Positions 24,098 through 34,104 are shown, counted from the stretch's first letter. The stretch: 57,571 nucleotides of DNA from Coriobacteriia bacterium (GCA_009779675.1 WRDS01000001.1:1-57571); one strand, 5' to 3'. Program-made: numbers and translations. The notes: generated by a model from the letters alone, not told the origin.

Positions 24098-25624
24098 TCA
24101 CATCAGGTAGTCATCAATGTCTACCGAGACGAGCTCGGGATCGACACATCGGTTCACGACGATGCCGGTCATCTCCTCGAGATCGATATCGATGGGATTT
24201 ACCAGCTTGCCCGCAGGGGTGGCAATGACGCGGATCTTCGGTCGCATAGGGTTGGCCCCTGGCTCAAGGACAACTGCAAGCCGCCCATCCTCAAGAAGCA
24301 CAAGTGAGCGCGGAGGATAGATGCCCATGGTATATATGAAGAGCCGCACGAGCACCGGATCCAATGCGGAGCCGCATCCTTTGAGGAGTTCGGCGACGGC
24401 TTGATCCTGTAGGCGTTCACCCGAGTAACTGCGCTTGGATGTCATGGCATCAAACGTGTCGGCGACGGCGATGATCCTGCTGGCCAGGTTCTGTTTGCAG
24501 AAAGGCGTCCGCGTTGGGTAGCCCTGCCCGTCAAAGCGCATATGGTGCTCAAGGATTGCAACGATGACCGTTCTGTCCATGCCTGGCATACCCACGGCCA
24601 TAGATGCCCCGGCCTGTGGGTGCTTCTGCATTATCTCCCACTCCTCATCCGAAAGCGTGCTCGCCTTGTTCAGGATGTCGAAGTCGACAGTAAGCTTCCC
24701 TATGTCGTGCAGCAGCGCACCGATGCCAAGCGACGTCAAAAAGCGGTAGTCCTCGGTGATCATCGACCCCAGCGCAACCGACAGGATCGCGACGTTCGCA
24801 GAGTGGTAGAACGTGTACTCGTCGTAGTCTTTGAGGCCCGTAAGCCGAAGCATGGCGGCCCGGTTCGTCAACACGTTGTCGACAAGGGAGCGGACCGGCT
24901 TCTTGACCTTGCCCGCTGCTGCAGCAAGCGCGCCCGACCGGACAAGCCGGTTGACCTCTCGGACAAGCTGGAGCGCTCCCGAGTAGGACTCCCAGGCTAC
25001 CGCCTCAGACTCCTCGTCGGAGATCGAGACACGCTTGGCAGCAATGAGCGTGGTGATGCGGACCCCTTCCACTCCCAGCGCCAGCAGCATTGCGCTTGAG
25101 CCGCCCGCAGCATCGACCTCCTCCGTCTCAGAGGCCAACACCGAGAGAAGTGACCCGATCTCTTCTTCGGTCGCATCCTGGTAGATGGTGATCGTCCCTA
25201 CGGCAATATCTTCCAGGTCGTATATAAGTTGCGCAAACGAGCGGGTCTCGGCGGGAAGAAGCTGATCGCCCAGATAGACCTCGCCCTCGTGGAAGGTGAG
25301 TGTTATGTCAACCTTCTCGGCATGGTACGCCCGCACGACATCGGCGAGCCGCTTGAGCGATTCTTTGACAGTAGGATGTGTGCTGGGATAGAGCCGGTGC
25401 GACCGCCGCGTGCTGTAAAGCCTGGTGAGCAGCTCACGCGCCCGTCGCACTTGCTCGGCCGTGTACTTTGCGAACTCAGTTTTCCCTAGGGGATCGCTGG
25501 GATCCTCGGCAGGGCCCTCCGGCTGCGTGTGCTCGAGGCCCTCGGCGGGGGGGGCCTCCGACCGCGTGTGCTCGAGGCCCTCGGCGGGCCCCGGGGTCTG
25601 CTGGGAGCCGTGATCGGCCATCAC
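24098..25624 (-). CDS. HD-GYP domain phosphodiesterase (c-di-GMP-type) with long N-terminal sensor region
   Basis: 'GALLHDIGK' and 'ILEHHMRFDGQGYP' HD-GYP signatures. The GTGATG start overlaps the upstream HEAT gene stop. Duplicated 'PAEGLEHT' at the N-terminus. Confidence 0.85.
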   Translation of the reverse strand: MMADHGSQQTPGPAEGLEHTRSEAPPAEGLEHTQPEGPAEDPSDPLGKTEFAKYTAEQVRRARELLTRLYSTRRSHRLYPSTHPTVKESLKRLADVVRAYHAEKVDITLTFHEGEVYLGDQLLPAETRSFAQLIYDLEDIAVGTITIYQDATEEEIGSLLSVLASETEEVDAAGGSSAMLLALGVEGVRITTLIAAKRVSISDEESEAVAWESYSGALQLVREVNRLVRSGALAAAAGKVKKPVRSLVDNVLTNRAAMLRLTGLKDYDEYTFYHSANVAILSVALGSMITEDYRFLTSLGIGALLHDIGKLTVDFDILNKASTLSDEEWEIMQKHPQAGASMAVGMPGMDRTVIVAILEHHMRFDGQGYPTRTPFCKQNLASRIIAVADTFDAMTSKRSYSGERLQDQAVAELLKGCGSALDPVLVRLFIYTMGIYPPRSLVLLEDGRLAVVLEPGANPMRPKIRVIATPAGKLVNPIDIDLEEMTGIVVNRCVDPELVSVDIDDYLM

Positions 25625-27669
25625 GTCGTCCCCCCCGGCGCTATGCGGTCCATGGCTGCTCTCGCGGCCTCGCTAAGTTGGCGGGTCTTTTTCACACCCA
25701 GGAACGACCATTTGGAGGCGATGGGCGCCAGGATGCGTGCAGCAGCCGGGTCACCGATCTTGCCGAGCGCATCAATAGCCTCCATCCGCACAGCAAGGTC
25801 CCTGTTCCCCATGCCCTCGCCTTCGACAACGACACCAAGGGCAGGAACCGCTTCCCGCGAGCGGGACACCCCCAACAGCCGGATAGCAAGCTGGACATTC
25901 TCTAGGTTGTTGTCCGAAAGCGCCCGAATCAACCCGTCGTTGGCTCCGGGGATCGGTATGCTGGACAGCGCCCTGATCGCCTCACGCCGAACCCGCGGCT
26001 CAGGATGCTGAAGGGCGCGGGCAAGATAGGGAAGCGCGGATGCCGAGCGGGTCGCGCCCATGATGTTGACCACGTTACGCACAAAGTACCATCGGGAATC
26101 CTGGATGTACGCACCCAACACATCGATCTGCTCCGTAGAAATGCGCGAAAGCAGCTCGACAAGCGCCTTTCTAATGGACATCTCAGACTCTTCCGCAAGG
26201 TGCTCAAGCACAGGCTTTATGAGACTGGACCCAAGCGCATCATTGAGCTGCTCGCGCTGTTCGGGCGAGCCTGTGAGGTCATCGGCATGCGCCCGAAGGC
26301 CGGTAGCAGCCTCGGCAACGACTTCGATCTCGCCTAAATCGAGCAGGACGCTGAGTGAGTCCTCCAGGGCTTTCATGATCGCCTCAAGCGCATCCGAGGA
26401 GCGCTCCAGGCCAGCCAGCATGACAAGCGCTGTGACGACATCGCTGTCGGTCACACCGCGCTTTGATTCCTCAACGATCGCCGCAACCTCTGGATCCTCG
26501 CTCTCCTTGAAGGCGGCAAAGGGCATCGGCGCAAGATCCAGCAGGGCGACTATTGAGGCTGTAGGGGCCCCGCCTTCTATACCAAGGGCCTCCTGGTCAA
26601 AAATGCTTCTATCTGGCGAAAGTAGCTCCATCAGGTCGGAGGCGTACTCTTCGCTTACGCCCGCGGCCTTCATCTCACGCTCAAGCATCTCCCGAATGCT
26701 GCTGCCATCAATACCGGTCACCGACTCGATGGCCCGCGCAGCACGGGTGAACCCTTCTTTGGAGATATCGCCGTGCTCCATGCCTTCGGCAAGTATGCGT
26801 CCAAGCATGGAACTCTCCGCGTAACGCACCACAGCGCTTAAAGCGGTGTCAGACTTTGCCGTAGCAAGTACTTCTTTGACGAGCAGCTCGGCACGCACAT
26901 CCGTGTCCAGCTCGGCGGTAGCGTCCCAAAGTGAGCCGATGAGCAGGTCTGCGTCTTCGGCATCAATGGATTGTGCAACCTGTGCGATCTGCGCGAAACG
27001 GCTACCCAGCTCCTGCGTGACGTTCTCTCCGCAGTCCTCTGCCACATCAAGGAAATACTGCGCTAGCACCTGGGGCTTGACGAGGCTTAAAACGATTGCC
27101 TGCCGAGATCCGGGGTCGCCTGCCACGGCAGATATGAGTATGTCGTCAATGACCTCGCGGGGCACAGGGCCGCCTTCTTCTTGGCTAAACATCTCGCCAA
27201 AAACAGCAAGGGTCGGCTCTCTGACGGTAATCGCAGTGACTCCCAGGTCGACCAGATATGCCTCGGCACCACCCATGCCTTCGAGGTCTTCCGGCGTTTC
27301 CTTGAGGATCGAGAGTACCCCGATGATATCGTCAACCTTGGTGTTCTCGTCAAATCTGATGACCGCGAGCTTGCGGCGATACAGCTCATAGACAAAATCA
27401 CGGTTTGCACGCGTATCCGATAGTAAAGGAACTCCTTTACACCACAGATTAGTCTTGCCGACCTGCAGCAACAGATCGTCTGCGTTATAAAACACCTCAT
27501 TTAAGATTGCGCTCGTGCCGACGACCGCCGTCTGAAGAATGCTGCTTGCACGCGGATAGAGAACCACGGTCTTCGCCGCAGTTACAAGGGAGAGCGCAAA
27601 GCGCTGAATATTAGGATCGACCTTTGGCGGGCCGACTATCGTTGCCACAAGTCCCCTTCTCAGACTCAA
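25621..27669 (-). CDS. Large HEAT-repeat protein (PBS-lyase HEAT-like C-terminus)
   Basis: C-terminal 'LQHPEPRVRREAIRALSSIP..LIRALSDNNLENVQLAIRLLG..MEAIDALGKIGDPAAA' HEAT-like repeats. Translationally coupled to the HD-GYP gene. Confidence 0.65.
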   Translation of the reverse strand: MSLRRGLVATIVGPPKVDPNIQRFALSLVTAAKTVVLYPRASSILQTAVVGTSAILNEVFYNADDLLLQVGKTNLWCKGVPLLSDTRANRDFVYELYRRKLAVIRFDENTKVDDIIGVLSILKETPEDLEGMGGAEAYLVDLGVTAITVREPTLAVFGEMFSQEEGGPVPREVIDDILISAVAGDPGSRQAIVLSLVKPQVLAQYFLDVAEDCGENVTQELGSRFAQIAQVAQSIDAEDADLLIGSLWDATAELDTDVRAELLVKEVLATAKSDTALSAVVRYAESSMLGRILAEGMEHGDISKEGFTRAARAIESVTGIDGSSIREMLEREMKAAGVSEEYASDLMELLSPDRSIFDQEALGIEGGAPTASIVALLDLAPMPFAAFKESEDPEVAAIVEESKRGVTDSDVVTALVMLAGLERSSDALEAIMKALEDSLSVLLDLGEIEVVAEAATGLRAHADDLTGSPEQREQLNDALGSSLIKPVLEHLAEESEMSIRKALVELLSRISTEQIDVLGAYIQDSRWYFVRNVVNIMGATRSASALPYLARALQHPEPRVRREAIRALSSIPIPGANDGLIRALSDNNLENVQLAIRLLGVSRSREAVPALGVVVEGEGMGNRDLAVRMEAIDALGKIGDPAAARILAPIASKWSFLGVKKTRQLSEAARAAMDRIAPGGTT

Positions 27670-27712
27670 AATCGTTCATTTGCAAGTCAACGGTGCCATA
27701 TGCCAACGGTAC

Positions 27713-27805
27713 ACTCAAATGCCCTGTATATCACCTCTGCACCACTCAAACACCCTGTATATCATTCGCATGCTACATAGATACTCTATATATTATTCGC
27801 ACGCT
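27713..27805. repeat. Three tandem 31-bp AT-rich repeats in the divergent HEAT-operon / maf promoter region
   Basis: A ACTCAAATGCCCTGTATATCACCTCTGCACC, B ACTCAAACACCCTGTATATCATTCGCATGCT, C ACATAGATACTCTATATATTATTCGCACGCT. They lie 44-136 nt upstream of the start at 27669. Confidence 0.75.
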
Positions 27806-28047
27806 CACATATAAGTATAGCCATCAACCAATACTTAGGGTAAAACATCGGCAAACATAAAATGCCGCAAAAATACCAACCGGCGCATTTAATGAGCCAT
27901 GTCGATTACCATATCAAGTTTTTTGGCTAGTTGCACAGTTACCGTATCAGGTTTTTGCACCAATATTGTATTCTTTATCAGAATTTTTCCCTGCAGCAAT
28001 CGTATGGACAGTAACAATCGTGTTAAGGGAGCTTTGGCTACCTTTTA

Positions 28048-28743
28048 TTGAAGTATCATGCGGACATGGCAAGCTATGGACCCCGCATCGTGTTGGCCTC
28101 TTTCTCGCCGAGAAGACGGCGGCTGCTTGCCTGCCTTGGGATCCCCTTCGAGGCATGCGCAGTGGACACCCCCGAGGATATCTCCGGGCCACTGGCAAAC
28201 AACCCGTCGGCGCTTGCCGCGCACCTTGCAGTTGAAAAGGCATTGGCCGCCCGAACCGAGGGCATCGGACCAGGTGCGCTCATCCTTGCTTTTGATACCA
28301 TCGTGGTGGCTGACGGCGTTCTTCTCGGCAAGCCGACCGACGAGTCAGACGCACGGCGCATGTTGCGGATGCTCTCGGGCGAAAGCCATCAGGTAGTCAC
28401 CGGTGCGGCGCTGCTTGCCCCTGGGGATAGCGCCCCGGCATCCTTTGCGGTAACAAGCAATGTCTCGATGCGAAAGCTGCCGAATGAGCAGATCGATGCT
28501 TGGCTGGCCTCGGACGAATACGTTGGCTGTGCCGGTGCCTACAACATTGAGAAGAACCTGGCCCGAGTGGACAGCCTTGAGTGCCACCAGAACGTCTGTG
28601 GCCTGCCGCTCTGCCACCTGTACTGTGAGCTTTCGACCCGATATCCTCGATATGCACCGGGGATCGTCTCGCCGGTGGCCGCATGTGACCAGATGCTTGG
28701 CCGGTCGTGCGGACTCGGCGCTCAGATGGGCTGCGGCTCCTGA
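28048..28743 (+). CDS. maf: Maf-like nucleoside triphosphate pyrophosphatase with Cys-rich C-terminal extension
   Basis: 'IVLASFSPRRRRLLACLGIPFEACAVDTPE','DTIVVADGVLLGKP','HQVVTGAAL','AGAYNIE' Maf motifs, plus an extra roughly 55-aa tail 'CHQNVCGLPLCHLYC..AACD..SCG..GCGS'. Confidence 0.8.
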   Translation: MKYHADMASYGPRIVLASFSPRRRRLLACLGIPFEACAVDTPEDISGPLANNPSALAAHLAVEKALAARTEGIGPGALILAFDTIVVADGVLLGKPTDESDARRMLRMLSGESHQVVTGAALLAPGDSAPASFAVTSNVSMRKLPNEQIDAWLASDEYVGCAGAYNIEKNLARVDSLECHQNVCGLPLCHLYCELSTRYPRYAPGIVSPVAACDQMLGRSCGLGAQMGCGS

Positions 28744-28776
28744 GTGGGGCAGCGGTACCCCACTTGCCAGCCAGAC

Positions 28777-29646
28777 TTAACTTGATCGCCTTGCGACCAA
28801 GATGACGCTCTCGTCCGTCACGCCCAGAGCACTCCCATCATGCCCGCCGAGCAGCTCGATGCCCGAAAAGCCTACAGCCTCAAGCTCCTCGGCAAGTATG
28901 TTCGCGGGAAGCGCTGTGTGAAGCGAGCGTCGGTCAGAGACCGTCCATGACCCGGCATGGTCGCGCACGAGCGTCACGAAGTCGAAGTCGATGGACTTGC
29001 CGCCATCAGGGTAGTCCATGATCCGCAAAAACACTTTTGTCCCCTCGCTGGTCTCCCGCACAACGGGAGGGATCACCCGCACCTGCTCGGCAAGCAGACG
29101 CTCGTGGTTGAGCAGGTGCAAGATGACTGCGCCACCTGGCCGCACGACGCACGCAAAGTCGGCGAGCGCTGTGCGCAGCCCTTCTCGCCCGCCAACGTGC
29201 GGCAAGGCGTTGCCGGTGCAGATGAGGGCATCGGCGGGCTCTAGCCCAAGCGCCGCAAGCCCGCCAAACGCCGCCCGATGCAGCCTGAGCCTCCCGCCTG
29301 CAGCAGCAATCCTGTCTGCCGCTTCAGCCGCGTTGACCTCGGCTTGAGCGAGCATGGACTCATCGGGATCGACCGCATCGACGGCAATGCCCCACTCGGC
29401 AAACATGATGGCATGCCGAGCACTCCCAGCACCTACATCAATGAGGCGGCTTACGCCTGCTTCCGCGAACACGCGCCTGAACAGCGGGGCTTCGCGCTCC
29501 AGGCGCTTTGCCCACTCCACAAGCTGGTCGTAATCAGCCGCAGGCACGGGGACGGAGGATGCCGCAAACGTGGCATCAAGGCCAGGCGCGGGGACGGGGA
29601 CAGCGGACACCGCGGGCATCGGGGCAGAGGCGTCCCGGGCACTCAT
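28777..29646 (-). CDS. Class I SAM-dependent methyltransferase
   Basis: 'RLIDVGAGSARHAIMFAEWG' motif I, and 'DALICTGNALPHV'. Confidence 0.75.
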   Translation of the reverse strand: MSARDASAPMPAVSAVPVPAPGLDATFAASSVPVPAADYDQLVEWAKRLEREAPLFRRVFAEAGVSRLIDVGAGSARHAIMFAEWGIAVDAVDPDESMLAQAEVNAAEAADRIAAAGGRLRLHRAAFGGLAALGLEPADALICTGNALPHVGGREGLRTALADFACVVRPGGAVILHLLNHERLLAEQVRVIPPVVRETSEGTKVFLRIMDYPDGGKSIDFDFVTLVRDHAGSWTVSDRRSLHTALPANILAEELEAVGFSGIELLGGHDGSALGVTDESVILVARRSS

Positions 29647-30668
29647 CGGCGTGTGCCTCTCGGCTCGTCAAGCCCGAAAATGCGCACGGCGTTCCCCCGA
29701 AGGATCAGGTCGCGGTCGGCTGCCGACAGCCCCAGCTCCTCCAACGTGCGGACCTGCTGGTACTTGATCCACTCGCGGTAGGGGGCCATGGTCCCGCTGT
29801 CGGTGCCAAAAAGGATCCTCTCTGTGCCGAGCGCCTGTATCGACTTTGCGAACACATCCTCCAGCGAGAGCTCGTAGAGCATGAGGTCACGCCAGTTGTT
29901 AGTGCCCGACGAGTCAACGCACACGTTGCGGCGGGCATACGCGAGCTTGAGCACCTCCTCGAACCATCCCGCGCCAAAATGCGCGATCACGAACGTGAGG
30001 CCGGGAAAGTCGCGTGCGACGGGGGAGAGGTCCAACGGGTCTGCGTAGCGAAGGTCTGCCGAGGGATCCACCGAGACCCCGTAGTGGATGATGACGTTTG
30101 CCCCAAGCTCCTCGGCCTTCTCGAAAAACGGGTAGCACGCCCGATCAGAAAGCCGGTGACAGCGATTGACCGGGAACAGCTTGACCCCGCAAAACCCGGC
30201 GGCCATCTCACGTTCAAGCAGGGCCGGCCCTTCGGGGTCACGCGGATCGATGTAACAGAGTGCCTGGATCCGGCCTTTTGATGCGGCAATGAACCCACGG
30301 AGCCACGCACTGTCCTGCATCGTCGAGACCACCAGGGCCATTGTGACTCCCACCCGGGCAAGCCGCGCTGCATACCACTCGGCTGTCTCGGCCGGTGTCA
30401 TATCGGGCAACGGCTCGCCCTTGCTCCCGAATCGGCGGGTCTTCAGTGCCTTGCGGTACACCTCTGCGGACTCGGGGTTGTTTCGCACATACTCCTCGAT
30501 CATCCCGACCGTGAAAAGGTGGACGTGCGCATCGATGATGTCGCCGGGGGCGGTCGGCAAGGCCCAGCCCGGCGGCAAGGCTCCGCCTGGTGCCTCCTGC
30601 GCCTTCTTGGCAGGCAGGCCGCCGACATGTCCCACCTGCTGGCTTCCTGCGGTGTTTGCCGCACTCAT
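29643..30668 (-). CDS. Amidohydrolase-2 family metal-dependent hydrolase (TIM barrel)
   Basis: 'IIDAHVHLF','VIIHYG','FVIAHFGAGWFEE','ILFGTD' motifs. 4-nt overlap with the downstream methyltransferase. Confidence 0.7.
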   Translation of the reverse strand: MSAANTAGSQQVGHVGGLPAKKAQEAPGGALPPGWALPTAPGDIIDAHVHLFTVGMIEEYVRNNPESAEVYRKALKTRRFGSKGEPLPDMTPAETAEWYAARLARVGVTMALVVSTMQDSAWLRGFIAASKGRIQALCYIDPRDPEGPALLEREMAAGFCGVKLFPVNRCHRLSDRACYPFFEKAEELGANVIIHYGVSVDPSADLRYADPLDLSPVARDFPGLTFVIAHFGAGWFEEVLKLAYARRNVCVDSSGTNNWRDLMLYELSLEDVFAKSIQALGTERILFGTDSGTMAPYREWIKYQQVRTLEELGLSAADRDLILRGNAVRIFGLDEPRGTRR

Positions 30669-30671
30669 CCG

Positions 30672-31988
30672 TCAGCCCTCCTGATCCTGCGTCTCGGCTC
30701 GCCGTGGAGCCTTTACCTGCAACTTGGCTATCCTGCGATGCCGCATCACAAGCACCTTGAAACGGTATCCGCTGACTTCAAAATGCTCTCCGGTCTGCGG
30801 GATGTGCCCGATCTCGGCAAGCACCCAGCCAGCCATGGTCTCATACTCGTCGGACTCTTTGGCCGGCAGTCCTAAGCCGAGCGCATCCTCAATGGGAAGG
30901 CGACCGTCAAGCACCCACTCGCCATCCGATGCCTCGATGACGTAACGCTGATCGCGGTCGAATTCGTCGGCGATCTCTCCCACGACCTCTTCGATGATGT
31001 CCTCGGCACTCACCAGGCCGGCGGTCCCGCCGTACTCATCCACGACTATGACCAGCTGATTGTGCTGGTCCTGCATCTCGGACAGGAGCGGAAGGATCCC
31101 CTTTGTCTCGGGGACGTAAACCGGTTTGCGCATCACGGAGGAAACGGGCCCGCCCATGTTCCCCTGCAAGACGTGCTCCACAAGGTTGCGCAGCATGGCA
31201 ACGCCCGTGATGCGGTCATGATCCTCGTGGAAGACCGGCAGGCGCGAATGCCCGCTCTCCCGCATGATGCCGACAGCGTCCCTGATCGTCGCCGAGTCCC
31301 TCACGAGCACCATGTCTACCCTGGGCACCATGATCTCGCGGGCCACGGTGTCCCCAAGTCCGAATATCTCGTGGATCATCCGTTTTTCCTCGTCGAGCAG
31401 CGAGCCTTGCTCGGCTACCAGGAGCTTGATCTCCTCTTCCGAGACCCCGGGGGAACCGCCGTCCTCGCGCACGCCAAAAAGATGTGACACGACCGCCGTT
31501 GATCTTGTGAGAAGCCATACCACGGGGGAGGATGCCCGGGCAAGAAGAGCGATCGGGCCGGCAACGGCTGTCGCGACCTTCTCGGCACGCTGGAGCCCGA
31601 GGCGTTTGGGGACAAGCTCGCCGAGCACGAGGCTCACGTAAGCTACCGCACCCGTAACCAGGAGCACTGAGAGCCCGGGCGCTATCCTGGCAAGCCACCC
31701 GATCCCCAGGCCGGAGATCCATGTGGCTATCGGGTGGACGAGCGATATCGCCGCCGTTGCCGATGCCAAGTAGCCAACGAGCGTGATCCCGATCTGGATG
31801 GTCGCAAGCAGCCGAGTGGGATCCTCTGTGAGTGCAAGGGCGGTGCGTGCACCCTTGCCGCCTTCCTCGGCGCGCTGCTTTAGCGCGGTCCGGCGCACGC
31901 TGATCAGCGAGATCTCGGCGGCGGCGAAGTACCCGTTAAGTATCACCAGCACGAGTATAAGGACTGCCTCAAGCGCTACATTCTGCAT
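30672..31988 (-). CDS. CNNM/haemolysin-family membrane protein (DUF21 + CBS pair + CorC_HlyC)
   Basis: 'LILVLVILNGYFAAAEISLISV' DUF21 start, 'REIMVPRVDMV' and 'HSRLPV' CBS motifs, and a C-terminal 'GHIP..GE.F....YRF.V..MRHRRI' CorC domain. Confidence 0.85.
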   Translation of the reverse strand: MQNVALEAVLILVLVILNGYFAAAEISLISVRRTALKQRAEEGGKGARTALALTEDPTRLLATIQIGITLVGYLASATAAISLVHPIATWISGLGIGWLARIAPGLSVLLVTGAVAYVSLVLGELVPKRLGLQRAEKVATAVAGPIALLARASSPVVWLLTRSTAVVSHLFGVREDGGSPGVSEEEIKLLVAEQGSLLDEEKRMIHEIFGLGDTVAREIMVPRVDMVLVRDSATIRDAVGIMRESGHSRLPVFHEDHDRITGVAMLRNLVEHVLQGNMGGPVSSVMRKPVYVPETKGILPLLSEMQDQHNQLVIVVDEYGGTAGLVSAEDIIEEVVGEIADEFDRDQRYVIEASDGEWVLDGRLPIEDALGLGLPAKESDEYETMAGWVLAEIGHIPQTGEHFEVSGYRFKVLVMRHRRIAKLQVKAPRRAETQDQEG

Positions 31989-32167
31989 GTGCTACAGCAT
32001 AGCAGGACAGGACAGCGGGGGGCAGCGCATGGGTCCTTGGCGACGCAGGGCAACACATGGGCTCTCTCGACTGGCCCATGGGTCTTCGGTCGATCGGCGG
32101 GCACGAATACCGATCTCGCGGGATCCGGGACCCTTCTCGTGCGGGATCCAGCCACGGACTTAGGGGC

Positions 32168-32842
32168 CTACAAAACGACGAAGAGCAGCACTGCGAGAAA
32201 ATGAAGGATGCTGCCAGCAAGCACAAAGATATGCCAGACCGCATGCATGTAGGAGATTTTTTTCAGCACGTAAAACACCGTGCCGAGCGTATAGGAAAGA
32301 CCGCCCGCGACAAGCAGCCAGAGCCCCGGCGACGGCATCGCCTTTGTGAGCGGGCCTATCGCAAGCACCACGAGCCAGCCTAGCCCAAGGTAGATGACCG
32401 CCGAGAGCCAGCGCGGCCGATAAACCCAAAACGCCTCGAGCGCGATCCCGGCCAGGGCAAGCGCCCACACGAGCGCAAACAGCCTGACTCCACCGTTGCC
32501 ACGAAGGGTCACTAAGCAAAACGGTGTGTAGGTGCCCGCGATAAGCAGGTAGATGCCGCAATGGTCAAGGATTTTGAACACGTGTTTGACTTTTGGCTGC
32601 GGGAACGCATGGTATAAAGTCGATGCCGCGTACTCGAGCGTGAGCGCAACCGAGTACGTTATCGATGCAGCCAGCTTGACCGCGTCCCGAGAAAGCGCTG
32701 AAAACACTACGAGTATTGTCAGCGCAGACACGGCAAGGACAGCACCGACACCGTGGGTGACGCTATTGGCGATCTCTTCCCCAACAGTGTAGGGCCGCTT
32801 GGGTTTTTCCTCGATGTTCGTCTCACTCGTTTCAGTAGTCAT
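32168..32842 (-). CDS. Haemolysin III / PAQR family membrane protein
   Basis: 'EEIANSVTHGVG','STLYH','LDHCGIYLLIAGTYTPF','HAVWHIFVLAGSILHF' motifs. Confidence 0.85.
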   Translation of the reverse strand: MTTETSETNIEEKPKRPYTVGEEIANSVTHGVGAVLAVSALTILVVFSALSRDAVKLAASITYSVALTLEYAASTLYHAFPQPKVKHVFKILDHCGIYLLIAGTYTPFCLVTLRGNGGVRLFALVWALALAGIALEAFWVYRPRWLSAVIYLGLGWLVVLAIGPLTKAMPSPGLWLLVAGGLSYTLGTVFYVLKKISYMHAVWHIFVLAGSILHFLAVLLFVVL

Positions 32843-32865
32843 GCCACATCACCATAGACCCTGCC

Positions 32866-34104
32866 TCATTCCCACCTGAGCAATACGGATGCTAAACAGA
32901 GTGCAACAATAGCAAAAACCACCAACACCAACGACGGCAGCCATACCGCCTCCAGGCCATGATTGCGGGCGAGCACGTCGGTAAGCCCACTCATCGCCCA
33001 GCCAGTAGGGGTGGCCTTTGCGACCGTCCTCATCGCAGGTGGGACGATATCGAGCGGCCACATGCAGCCGCCGAGCATCGCAAGACCCGTTGTGAGCACC
33101 GGACTCGCCCCCGTGAACTGCCCCCGCGAGCGCACCAATGTGGAGAGAAGCACCGCAACCCCTGTGACAGAGAGGATATATGCGAGCAAAAGGATCCCGC
33201 TTGCCAGCCACTGTCCGCCCCAGGGCACGCCGAACAGAACCGCTCCCGCCACAGTAAGAACAAGCGTCTGCACGACAGCGGCGAGCACAATCCCTGCTAC
33301 CTTACCCGCAAGCAGCACCCTCTTGCTTGTGGGAGCAACGAGCAGCCGACTGAGCGTCTTGTGCTCACGCTCCTCAAGAATGGCTCCTGCACCACCAAAA
33401 ACCGTGAACAAGATGAAGTACAGGGTGAATCCGGCAGAGTACTGTGTGGTGCCCTCCGCCTGCACGCTGCTGCCCCGGACATTGGAGGCGATCACCGTCT
33501 CCCCCCGTATTGAGACCGGAGGATCCGGCTCCCAGAGCGCGTCGGCAGCCTCATAGATTGCGTCGCTGCCCCCGCTGTCCGCGTTGCCCCTGCTGCCCCT
33601 ACCGCCCACGTCACTGTCCTTGCTGCCCCCGCTGTCCGCCGGCAACGCCTCAGAGACGATCTTGGTAGCAGCAACGCCCGCCGACATCCTGACAGCGATC
33701 CCCTCCAAAACGGCTGTGACCCCTAATGCGCTGCTCGACTCCGGGTGCATGAGCGCCTCGATCACACCATTGCCGACATCCGCCGCGTCGGCAAAGCCAG
33801 CTGGGACGATCACCGCCACAGGAGCCTTGTCGGCGACAACAAGCTTCTCGGCGGCTTGGCGTTTGGAATCCTCGACGGCAAACGATCCCTCCTCGGCAAG
33901 CAGGGTGCGCACCTGCTGCGCTTTTGGGCTGCCGTCCTCGTCAACAAACAGCACGCGGATCGGACTGTCGCCCGAGGCGGAGAAGGCCGCGCCGAACACA
34001 AACGTGAGCGCAAGCGGAATTGCAAGCACCACCACCAGCTCCGCAGGCGTGCGGAACAGCTGGAGCAGGTTTAGCCACGCAAGGGCTATGACGCGGCGTA
34101 CCAT
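32866..34104 (-). CDS. ABC-2 type transporter permease
   Basis: Start trimmed to ATG 34104 (TAATG overlap with the upstream permease stop). 'LFRTPAELVVVLAIPLALTF', a large extracytoplasmic loop, then 5 TM helices. Confidence 0.7.
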   Translation of the reverse strand: MVRRVIALAWLNLLQLFRTPAELVVVLAIPLALTFVFGAAFSASGDSPIRVLFVDEDGSPKAQQVRTLLAEEGSFAVEDSKRQAAEKLVVADKAPVAVIVPAGFADAADVGNGVIEALMHPESSSALGVTAVLEGIAVRMSAGVAATKIVSEALPADSGGSKDSDVGGRGSRGNADSGGSDAIYEAADALWEPDPPVSIRGETVIASNVRGSSVQAEGTTQYSAGFTLYFILFTVFGGAGAILEEREHKTLSRLLVAPTSKRVLLAGKVAGIVLAAVVQTLVLTVAGAVLFGVPWGGQWLASGILLLAYILSVTGVAVLLSTLVRSRGQFTGASPVLTTGLAMLGGCMWPLDIVPPAMRTVAKATPTGWAMSGLTDVLARNHGLEAVWLPSLVLVVFAIVALCLASVLLRWE

